Shown here: positions 22,628 to 32,284 of the stretch, one piece after another
Layout: each line of letters opens with the position of its first letter
How positions within the stretch are numbered: position 1 is the stretch's first letter
DNA from: an uncultured Acidobacteriota bacterium
Lineage (GTDB): Bacteria; Acidobacteriota; Thermoanaerobaculia; UBA5066; Gp7-AA6
Length of the DNA: 64,000 bases
Direction: 5' to 3'
Assembly (NCBI GenBank): GCA_963775725.1
Contig: CAVZKA010000002.1
Location: 1,320,242-1,384,241 of the forward strand
The notes under the pieces: model-generated
Told to the model about the DNA's origin: nothing
The model's database searches: none
The model's input: only the letters and a program-made list of their open reading frames with translations
Made by a program: the position numbers and the translations under genes

Positions 22628-23413
22628 CTACCTGTACGCCGCGAACTCGCGGAAGAGCAGGTCGCGCAGGGATTTCGCGTCCAGGTCCTCCTCGATCTCG
22701 CCGCCGCGGGCGAGCGAGATCGTCCCACGTTCCTCGGAGACGAGGATCGCGATCGCGTCGGTTTCCTCGGTGATGCCGATGGCCGCGCGGTGGCGCGTGC
22801 CGAACCGCTTGGGCAGGCCTTCCTTGAGCGAGAGGGGCAGGAAGCTCGCCGCGGCCGCCACCCGGTCGCCCGAGATGATCACGGCGCCGTCATGCATCGG
22901 GGTGCCCGGCGCGAAGAGGGTCACGAGCAGCTCGTAGGACACGACCGAGTCGATCCGCGAACCGTTCTCGATGTAGTTCTTCAGACCCTCGCGGCGCTCG
23001 AGCACGATGAGCGCGCCCACCCGGCGGGCCGAGAGGGATGTCACGGCCAGGACGATCTCGGAGACGGTTTCCTCGGCGTGGTACCCGGAGAAGAGGGCGA
23101 AGAAGGGCGTGCGCCCGAAAGCGGCGAGCGCCCGGCGCAGGTCGTGCGAGAAGAGCACGATGATGGCGAAGGGCACGTAGAAGATGAGCGCCTTCAACAC
23201 CGTCGTCAGGGCCACGAGCTTCAACAGGCTCGCCAGGACGTAGACGAAGAAAATCGCGAAGAGCCCGAGGACCATCTGCACGGCGCGCGTGCCGCGGATC
23301 AGGCGCAGCAGCGCGTACGTGATGATCGCGACGATCAGGATGTCGAGGGCGTCGCGCCACCCGAAGTTCAGGTGCGCGAGGGCGCCGAAGCGCGAGGCGA
23401 GCGACGGGATCAC
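22628..23413 (-). CDS. cdaA: Diadenylate cyclase CdaA (DacA)
   Basis: Three N-terminal TMs; HDGAVII and GTRHRAAIGITE catalytic motifs. Confidence 0.95.
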   Translation of the reverse strand: MIPSLASRFGALAHLNFGWRDALDILIVAIITYALLRLIRGTRAVQMVLGLFAIFFVYVLASLLKLVALTTVLKALIFYVPFAIIVLFSHDLRRALAAFGRTPFFALFSGYHAEETVSEIVLAVTSLSARRVGALIVLERREGLKNYIENGSRIDSVVSYELLVTLFAPGTPMHDGAVIISGDRVAAAASFLPLSLKEGLPKRFGTRHRAAIGITEETDAIAILVSEERGTISLARGGEIEEDLDAKSLRDLLFREFAAYR

Positions 23414-24564
23414 CGGACGGCGGCTCCGGCGGCCGCCGGCTGGGCCGCGCCGGCGATGGCCCGGGAGAGCCGCAGGAAACGAACGGATTCGGCAACGTCG
23501 TGCACGCGCAGGATCGCGGCCCCCGCGCTCGATGCGGCGGCGAGCGCTGCGAGCGAGCCGGGCAGACGGTCGGCCGGGCCGGAGTCGTCCGCGACGCCGG
23601 AAAACCGCCGGACGAACGCCTTGCGCGAGGCGCCGATCACGACGGGCAGGCCCATCGTGCGCAGAGCGGCCAGATGGCGCAGCAGCAGCAGGTTCTGCTC
23701 GGGACTCTTGCCGAAGCCGAGGCCCGGATCGATCGCGATGGCGTCGGACCCGATGCCGGCCGCGGAGGCGCGGTCGGCCGCATCGGCGAGGAACGCGGCG
23801 ATGTCGCCGAGTGGGTGGGCGTACTCGAGGTCGGCCTGCATCGTGCGCGGGTCCGTCCCCTTCATGTGCATGAGGACCACGCCGGCCCCCATCGCGGCGA
23901 CAGCCGGAAGCATCGCGGGATCGAAGCGACCGGCCGTGACGTCGTTGACGAGGTCCGCCCCGGCCTCGACGGCCGCCCGCGCGACAGCCGCCTTGCGCGT
24001 GTCGATCGAGAGGGGCTCGGCCGAACGCTCCCGGATGCCGGCGATCACGGGAACGACGCGGGCGATCTCTTCGTCCGCGGAGAGCTCGCGCGCCGCGCCG
24101 TAGGTGGAGGGGCGCGTGGATTCTCCGCCGACGTCCACGATCGCCGCGCCCTCTGCGAACATCCGGAGCGCGGCCCCGACGGCGCGGTCGCGATCGAAGT
24201 GGACGCCCCCGTCCGAGAAGGAGTCCGGCGTGACGTTGAGAACGCCCATGACGGCCGGCCCCGGGCCGAGGTCGAGGCGACGCCCGTGGGCCAGCTTGAG
24301 CGCGCCGGGCTTGCGGGCGGCCCGCTCGAAGGCCGCCTCCGCGCGCGATCGGAGGCTCGCGGGGAGGGCCTTCAGGCTCTCCGCGCGCCGGGCGCGGGAA
24401 AGGACGACCGGCCGCGAGCTCGAGCCCGCGAACCGCACGAGGTCCACCGGGAAGTCCGAGGCGGCGAAGCTCGCCGGCCGGAACCCGTCCCAGGACGCGA
24501 CGTCGCGCAGGGTGTCGGCGTCGGGAGCGGGGATGATGAGATCGGAGTCGGCGTCGGCGTCCAC
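23410..24564 (-). CDS. folP: Dihydropteroate synthase with about 100-aa N-terminal extension
   Basis: MGVLNVTPDSFSDGG, DVGGESTRP, SIDT, DPGLGFGK, GASRK, RVHDV; start position less certain. Confidence 0.92.
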   Translation of the reverse strand: MDADADSDLIIPAPDADTLRDVASWDGFRPASFAASDFPVDLVRFAGSSSRPVVLSRARRAESLKALPASLRSRAEAAFERAARKPGALKLAHGRRLDLGPGPAVMGVLNVTPDSFSDGGVHFDRDRAVGAALRMFAEGAAIVDVGGESTRPSTYGAARELSADEEIARVVPVIAGIRERSAEPLSIDTRKAAVARAAVEAGADLVNDVTAGRFDPAMLPAVAAMGAGVVLMHMKGTDPRTMQADLEYAHPLGDIAAFLADAADRASAAGIGSDAIAIDPGLGFGKSPEQNLLLLRHLAALRTMGLPVVIGASRKAFVRRFSGVADDSGPADRLPGSLAALAAASSAGAAILRVHDVAESVRFLRLSRAIAGAAQPAAAGAAVR

Positions 24565-24574
24565 ATTGGCGAGT

Positions 24575-25243
24575 TTAACCCGCGGAATCAGCCGCCTCGT
24601 TGATGTCGTCGGGATCGAGAATGTGCTTCGCGTGGCCGTGCAGGGCGAGCGCGATCATGGCGCGTCCGACGGCGACGGTCGTCGTGATCTGGCCCGGCGC
24701 GAGGCGGCGCAGCAGGGGCAGAATGGGGCCGAAGACGACATAGGCCCAGCGGTACGCAGGGGTCTTCGATTGGACGCCCTTGAGCGGTTGGATGAAGCCG
24801 GGACGCAACATGAACGCCGCCTTAAAGGGCATGCGCAGAAGCGCGTTTTCGGTCGCGCCCTTCACGCGGGCCCACATCATCCGGCCGCGCTCGGTGCTGT
24901 CCGTTCCGGCGCCGGAGACGTAGCAGAAGGTGAGGCGCGGACTGACCATCGCGCGCGCGGCCGCCAGCGTCAGGTCGAAGGTCTGGCGGCGGTAGGTCGC
25001 CTCGTCCTTGCCCGCGGCGGAGGTGCCGAGCGTGAAGAAGCAGGCGTCGAGGCCGGCGAAGCGGGATTGGACGGCGGTGTAGTCGTAGAAGTCGGCGTGG
25101 AGGACCTCGGTGAGCTTCGGATGCGTCCGGCCGCAGGAGGTGCGTCCGACGACGAGGACCGAGGCGACGCGGGGATCGTCGAGGCACTCGAGCAGGACGC
25201 CGGCGCCGACCATGCCCGAGGCGCCGAAGATGACGACGTGCAT
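24575..25243 (-). CDS. NAD(P)-binding Rossmann-fold epimerase-like protein
   Basis: VVIFGASGMVG, FCYVSGAGTDS, WARVKG. Confidence 0.85.
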   Translation of the reverse strand: MHVVIFGASGMVGAGVLLECLDDPRVASVLVVGRTSCGRTHPKLTEVLHADFYDYTAVQSRFAGLDACFFTLGTSAAGKDEATYRRQTFDLTLAAARAMVSPRLTFCYVSGAGTDSTERGRMMWARVKGATENALLRMPFKAAFMLRPGFIQPLKGVQSKTPAYRWAYVVFGPILPLLRRLAPGQITTTVAVGRAMIALALHGHAKHILDPDDINEAADSAG

Positions 25244-25268
25244 GGGATCGAGTGTAGTGTGATGTGAG

Positions 25269-25375
25269 CCCCCTCACCCCAACCCTCTCCCGCCGGGAGA
25301 GGGAGTGCTTGAGGGCGGCAGTCCCTTTTTGAGCGCCCTCTCCACCCGGAGGGGGGAGAGGGCAGGGTGAGGGGG
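25269..25375. repeat. REP-like nested inverted repeat
   Basis: CCCCCTCACCC...GGGTGAGGGGG outer arms enclosing two CCCTCTCC...GGAGAGGG hairpins, directly after the dinB stop. Confidence 0.7.
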
Positions 25376-25376
25376 G

Positions 25377-25868
25377 CTACACCCCTTCGTCCGCCGTGGG
25401 CCCGTAGATCGACGGCAGCGGCACGTCGTTCAACCGCAGGTACACGGAGAGCTGCCCGCGGTGGTGGATCAGGTGATTCAGCAGGATCCGCCGCAGGACG
25501 GACCGGCGCTTACGCTTGAAGAAGACCTCGCCGTTCGGCTTCAGGACGGTGAACTCTTCCTGCATCTCGGCGTCCGTCTTGCGGGCGATGGCGGAGCGGG
25601 CAGACGCGACGTTCTCGTCGAACCGCTCCAGGTACTCGGCGGCGGACCTCATGGGGGGCGCCTTCTCGCTGCCGACCTGCCACTCCAGCGCTTCGAGGCG
25701 CAGGCCCCAGCGGGGCAGTTCCGTCACGTGCGTCGCGATCTCGCCGAGGGTGCGCGACTTCGGGTGCGGCTTCCAGTCCAGCCTGTCGGCCGGGACGCGC
25801 TCGAGCAGCCGTCGGGTCGTCGCCATCTCCGCGTCGAACTCGGGCAAAAAGGCTTCACCGCTCTTCAT
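25377..25868 (-). CDS. DinB family protein
   Basis: WKPHPKSRTLGEIATH and NHLIHHRGQLSVYLR motifs. Confidence 0.9.
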   Translation of the reverse strand: MKSGEAFLPEFDAEMATTRRLLERVPADRLDWKPHPKSRTLGEIATHVTELPRWGLRLEALEWQVGSEKAPPMRSAAEYLERFDENVASARSAIARKTDAEMQEEFTVLKPNGEVFFKRKRRSVLRRILLNHLIHHRGQLSVYLRLNDVPLPSIYGPTADEGV

Positions 25869-25914
25869 GCCGGGTACTACGCGGCAGGACGCGCCGGGGG
25901 TTCCGCCTTTTTTC

Positions 25915-27828
<1,914 letters not shown>

Positions 27829-27888
27829 AGGGGTACTCCTTCCGCGGGCCGAACCCGGTCTCTCAGTCTAACGGACTCCGGCCGGGAA

Positions 27889-28404
27889 TTATTGCTCGGA
27901 CACGACCTCATAGATGTCCGGCAGGTGGGCGTGAAGGCCTTCGTGCTCCATGCCATAACCGGCGAAGAGGCCCGCATCCTCGGCGGAAAAGAGGGAAAAA
28001 TCGACCGTGACGCTGGTGGTCCGGTCGATCGGCTTGTCCACGATGGCCCCCAGGTGCAGGGAGGCGGCGCCGTCGCCCCGCAGGTGGTCCATGAGGTAGG
28101 TCTCGATGATGCCGGTGTGGACGACGTCCTTGAGCAGCAGGACATGCTTGTCCCGGACGGTGAAGCCGCTGGCAAAGTCGATCTGGAGGACCTCGCGGGC
28201 GCCCTCGGCCCGCCGCACGTGCATGAATTCGCAGGAAAACGGGCCGCGGAGCTTGCGGGTGAGGTCCGCCATGAAGAAGGCCGAGCCCTTGAGCAGCGAC
28301 ACGACGATGAGGGGCCGCTCCCGCAGGTCCCGGTCGATGGCGCCGGCGACGGCTTCGACGCGCTCGGCGATCTGTCGCGATTCGTAGCGCCGCACCAGTT
28401 TCAC
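27889..28404 (-). CDS. hpt: Hypoxanthine phosphoribosyltransferase homolog with degenerate PRPP motif
   Basis: PRTase fold and position between tilS and ftsH; LLKG and GYG..LP.IY retained; LLLKDVVHTG replaces the usual VEDIIDSG. Confidence 0.8.
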   Translation of the reverse strand: MKLVRRYESRQIAERVEAVAGAIDRDLRERPLIVVSLLKGSAFFMADLTRKLRGPFSCEFMHVRRAEGAREVLQIDFASGFTVRDKHVLLLKDVVHTGIIETYLMDHLRGDGAASLHLGAIVDKPIDRTTSVTVDFSLFSAEDAGLFAGYGMEHEGLHAHLPDIYEVVSEQ

Positions 28405-29447
28405 GGACCGACCTCCCGGTTCTTCTTCCTCGTCGAGATCCGACCCGGCGAATCGTACACCGCCCGCGCCCCGACCGAGAATTGCGCCCCGCGCCGCTCG
28501 AAGCGGATCCGCCGGCCAGCCTCGAAGCGGAAGTCGGCGCCGCCGGCGAGCAGGGCAAGCAGCTGTTCGCGCTCGCGCCCGGTCATCGGCGGCTTACCGG
28601 GGCGGGCAAAGGGGGCGGCCAGGCGCGAGAGAGCGAGGCGCTGGAGCTCCTCGGAGGAGCCCGCGAGCAGCGCCGCGTCGATCACGACGCCGTCGGCGCC
28701 AATCCTCGCCGCGGGCAGGATGCGCGTTTCGTACTCCGACTCGAGCAGGCGCCGCTCGACGCCGAGCCGCGCGATCTCGAGGGCCATCGCCCGCAGCGAG
28801 TCCTCGCCGCCGGGTGACTCCTTGAGGCGCGCGAGCGTGCGCCGCACGCGGTTGCGCGCCAGGCGCAGGTCGCCGTTGGTGGCGTCGCGGCGAAAGGCGA
28901 TGCCGCGCTCGGAGAGGAACGCCAGGATCTCCCGACGCGAGACCGAGAGAAGCGGCCGGACGACGCCGTCCGAACGGCTCTCCTGCGGCCCCGCAAGCGC
29001 GGCGATCCCGCCCTGCCGCTCGCGGGCGAGCACGTGCGATTCCACGGCATCCTCATGCTGGTGCGCCGTGGCCACGAGCGCGGCCCCGGCCTCGACCGCC
29101 ATCTCGGCGAGCGCCCGGTAGCGGACGTGTCGCGCACCGGCCTCCGGAGAGAGCCCGAGCTCCTTGGCCGCGCGGCGGGCGTCCGCTCGCCGGGAAAAGA
29201 AGGGCAGCCCGAGCCGCTTCGCGTGCTCGGCCACGAACGCGAGATCCCGGTCGCCCTCCTTCGGCCGCCACCCGTGGTGCACGTGGCCGACCGAGATCCG
29301 CCAGCCCGTCTCCTTCGCCGCCTCGGCCGCTCCGTAAAGCAGCGCCATGGAGTCCGCCCCGCCGGAGACGGCGAGCAGCACGGCGCTTCCGGGAGGGATG
29401 AGACCCGTCTCGGCAGCCCCGACGAGCGCGACGCGGACGGGGTCCAC
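28401..29447 (-). CDS. tilS: tRNA(Ile)-lysidine synthase
   Basis: LAVSGGADSMAL, HVHHGWR, GARHVRY, TAHQHED, VRPLL, RNRVR. Confidence 0.93.
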   Translation of the reverse strand: MDPVRVALVGAAETGLIPPGSAVLLAVSGGADSMALLYGAAEAAKETGWRISVGHVHHGWRPKEGDRDLAFVAEHAKRLGLPFFSRRADARRAAKELGLSPEAGARHVRYRALAEMAVEAGAALVATAHQHEDAVESHVLARERQGGIAALAGPQESRSDGVVRPLLSVSRREILAFLSERGIAFRRDATNGDLRLARNRVRRTLARLKESPGGEDSLRAMALEIARLGVERRLLESEYETRILPAARIGADGVVIDAALLAGSSEELQRLALSRLAAPFARPGKPPMTGREREQLLALLAGGADFRFEAGRRIRFERRGAQFSVGARAVYDSPGRISTRKKNREVGP

Positions 29448-29493
29448 GGCGGAATGGTAGATCGGATTCGAGGCGGAGCTCCCTGGCGCAGCG

Positions 29494-29526
29494 AAAAAGG
29501 GCGACGAGCTCGTTGCCCGTCGCCCT
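29494..29526 (-). terminator. Intrinsic terminator after the PKD gene
   Basis: Minus strand AGGGCGACG...CGTCGCCCT 9-bp stem followed by TTTT. Confidence 0.7.
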
Positions 29527-29554
29527 CGAGAAGCGGATACCGTGCGTTCGCGGT

Positions 29555-30265
29555 CTACGGGCAGGAGTTCGGGAACGCGTTCGTGCCCTGGACCGGCGCG
29601 AAGGCGACGCCCTGCGGGTTCGTGTTCGCGAAGATCTCGCCGGTCTTCTCGTCCCTGACGTTCAGGACCACCTGCACGTTCGTCAGGCCGGAGGCGAAGA
29701 CCCAGTAGGCGTTGTTGATCTCGCAGCCGTTGAGGACCTTGACGACGAGCTCGATGTTGGACGGCTCGAAGAACCAGAAGTAGCCCCCGTTGTCGGTCAG
29801 CTTCGTGGCGTTTCCGTGGCCCGACAAGCCGTCCGGCGTGGTCCAGTCGGCCGAGACGCTGAAACGCCCGTTTCCCACGCACAGCGTGGTCGCCGTCGGG
29901 GTACACGGGACGAAGCTCGTGCCGCCGACGATCACGGTGTGCGAGGTGCTCGAAAGCCCGTCTCCGTTGGAGACCGTGAGCGTGACCGTGTAGGTGCCCG
30001 CGAAGTTGTAGCTGAAGAACGGGTTCTGCTGGTCGGACGTATTCAGCAATCCGGCCGTGGAATCACCGAAGTTCCAGAGCCACGATGTCGGGCCCTCCGT
30101 GGAGGTATCGGTGAACATCACGGTGGCCCCCGCGTTGGGCGCCGTGGGATCGAAGGTGAAGCTCGCGATCGGCTGTCCCGCGTGAGCGGCACTCGCAAAC
30201 GCGAAAACGGCAAGGATCGCCGTCCAGAGGACTCTGCGGATCGAGTGCGGCCCGGAGAAACTCAT
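29555..30265 (-). CDS. Secreted PKD-domain protein with conserved C-terminal domain
   Basis: Signal peptide; PKD (FTDTS...SWLWNFGD...GTYTVTLTVSN); C-terminal GRF.V...W...GYFWFF..SNIELVVKVLNGC..N..YWVFASGLTNV. Confidence 0.85.
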   Translation of the reverse strand: MSFSGPHSIRRVLWTAILAVFAFASAAHAGQPIASFTFDPTAPNAGATVMFTDTSTEGPTSWLWNFGDSTAGLLNTSDQQNPFFSYNFAGTYTVTLTVSNGDGLSSTSHTVIVGGTSFVPCTPTATTLCVGNGRFSVSADWTTPDGLSGHGNATKLTDNGGYFWFFEPSNIELVVKVLNGCEINNAYWVFASGLTNVQVVLNVRDEKTGEIFANTNPQGVAFAPVQGTNAFPNSCP

Positions 30266-30334
30266 GAGCGCTCTCCTTCCTCGTTCTTTTTCGACCCCGC
30301 GCGAACGGACTGCTGTCACGGTCGGTTGGAGTAA

Positions 30335-30351
30335 TTGCAAGCCGCGTGCCG
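30335..30351 (-). promoter_or_regulatory. Sigma-54 -24/-12 promoter upstream of the PKD gene
   Basis: Minus strand CGGCACGCGGCTTGCAA matches TGGCACG-N4-TTGCW with GG-N10-GC spacing. Confidence 0.6.
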
Positions 30352-30492
30352 GGCGAGTCGAGGCTTGCACCGAGAAGCGTACCCCCTGCGCTCGTGCATG
30401 TCCGATCGTTTGATTCGATCGATTTCGAGCGAATGAAAGATGGTTCGACGGGCTGCGGTATCGTGGCTCTGCGCGGGAGCGCAGGAGGTTCC

Positions 30493-30690
30493 ATGAGCGA
30501 TCCGTCAAAGACTCGAGACACGACTGCCGAGGAGGAAGCGCCGGAGGAAAAAAACCCGCGCGACGCGCAGGGATTCAAGGAGACGCCGGCACCTCAAGGA
30601 CTGAAGACGCCTCCGCCAATCGAAGTCGGCGAGGACTCGGGCGAGTGGACGAGGGGTGGAGGTTCGGACCCCAACGAGGCCAAACACTAG
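30493..30690 (+). CDS. Small acidic, likely disordered hypothetical protein (65 aa)
   Basis: GGAGG RBS before ATG; low-complexity E/P/T composition. Confidence 0.5.
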   Translation: MSDPSKTRDTTAEEEAPEEKNPRDAQGFKETPAPQGLKTPPPIEVGEDSGEWTRGGGSDPNEAKH

Positions 30691-30792
30691 CGATTCGGCG
30701 CGGCGGCTCGCGGGCACGAGCGTCCGCCGCGAGCCCGTCCCGATCGACGGCGACTTTTCGGAGCGCCTCGCTCGACGGCTGTCCGTTTCTCC

Positions 30793-30821
30793 TTGACGGT
30801 CCGGCGGGACCCCCATAGTCT
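30793..30821 (+). promoter_or_regulatory. Sigma-70-type promoter
   Basis: TTGACG-N17-TAGTCT upstream of AGGAGG RBS and the gene at 30863. Confidence 0.6.
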
Positions 30822-30862
30822 TCTGGAAGAATCCCGTCCTCGCGAATGAAAAGGAGGAGCGC

Positions 30863-32284
30863 ATGCCCTCTCGCCGGCTCGCAGTGCTCGTCGCCACCCT
30901 CGCGCTGACCGTGCCCTCGGCGCTGGTGGCGCAAACCGGTTTAAGGGACCTCCTGACGGATTTCCTGCAGCACGGAATCACCCTGGCGCCCCCCCCTCTC
31001 GTCGGGGGTACCAGCCACGTCGCCCATTTCAACAGTCTCGACCAGACCCAGTTTCTGGCCTTGCGGCAGTTCAACCAGGAGCTTGCCATCCAGCTCTCCT
31101 CGTTTCCGCTCGCCTCCTCGGCGGGGGGATTCACGTACCGGTTCGATCCGGCGCTCGGCACCTTTACGCGCGCGACCGAGAGCTTCGGCCCGATCTATGC
31201 GGAACGCACGGACACGATCGGCAAGGGCAAGGCCAACCTGGGCCTGAACTACAGTCACTTCGACTTCAGCCGGATCAACGACCTGTCCCTGAAGGACGGC
31301 GACCTCAGGCTTGCCTTCCAGCACACCGACGTCGGCAAGTACATCGAGGGGGACGTCATCACGGCGAATCTCTCGGTGAAGCTCACGTCGGACATCGTCG
31401 CCTTCGTGATGACCTACGGCGTCTCGGACCGGTTCGACATCGCGGCGGCCATTCCGATCGTCAAGGTCGGCCTGAACGCCAGCACGGACGCGACGATCCA
31501 GCGGCTGGCGACGGGGCCGTGCCCGGGAGGGACTCCGAATTGCTCGGACACTCCCATCCACCGCTTCCCGGGGGACAGCGCGAGCGAGACGTTCCAGGAC
31601 AGCGGGAGCGCCACCGGCGTCGGTGACATCGTGCTCCGTGGAAAATTCCGGGCGCTCGAGGGGTCCGCCGGCGGCCTCGCGTTCGGCGCGGACTTCCGGC
31701 TGCCGACCGGAGAAGAACGGGACTTGCTCGGAACGGGCGTGTGGCAGGCTCGGGCTTCTCTGATCTGGTCCGTGCACCTGGGGACGATCTCGCCGCACAT
31801 CAACGCCGGATACACCTGGTCGACCAAGCCATCGGACGATCGGACGCCCGAGGAAAAGAACCCGCCGAATGGCGAAGCTCCGATACCTCGGCTGACCATT
31901 CCGGGCGAGGTCGACTACACGGGTGGATTCGACTGGGCCGTGCACCCGCGCGTCACGGTGGCCTTCGACGTGATCGGCCGCACCTTTCTCAACACGCAGA
32001 TCGTCCAGGTGCAGCAGCAGACCTTCACGGCCATGACCGGCGATTCCAACGGCGGCGACTGCCACTGCGAGCCCGAAGGCCAGCAACCCCCGCAGACCGT
32101 CACCGCGCAGTTTCCCAGGCTCACGACGACCCAGGGAGACCTGAATACGCTGCTCGGGTCGGTGGGCTTGAAGGTGAATCCCTTCGCCAACCTGCTCATC
32201 ACGGCCAACGTCCTCTTCTCGCTGACGCGGCAAGGCCTGCAGACCAACATCGCTCCGTTGATCGGCCTGGACTACAGCTTCTAG
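30863..32284 (+). CDS. Putative outer-membrane beta-barrel ('transporter', MetA-pathway-like)
   Basis: Signal peptide, alternating amphipathic strands, GVGDIVLRGK and LPTG motifs, terminal aromatic GLDYSF. Confidence 0.65.
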   Translation: MPSRRLAVLVATLALTVPSALVAQTGLRDLLTDFLQHGITLAPPPLVGGTSHVAHFNSLDQTQFLALRQFNQELAIQLSSFPLASSAGGFTYRFDPALGTFTRATESFGPIYAERTDTIGKGKANLGLNYSHFDFSRINDLSLKDGDLRLAFQHTDVGKYIEGDVITANLSVKLTSDIVAFVMTYGVSDRFDIAAAIPIVKVGLNASTDATIQRLATGPCPGGTPNCSDTPIHRFPGDSASETFQDSGSATGVGDIVLRGKFRALEGSAGGLAFGADFRLPTGEERDLLGTGVWQARASLIWSVHLGTISPHINAGYTWSTKPSDDRTPEEKNPPNGEAPIPRLTIPGEVDYTGGFDWAVHPRVTVAFDVIGRTFLNTQIVQVQQQTFTAMTGDSNGGDCHCEPEGQQPPQTVTAQFPRLTTTQGDLNTLLGSVGLKVNPFANLLITANVLFSLTRQGLQTNIAPLIGLDYSF

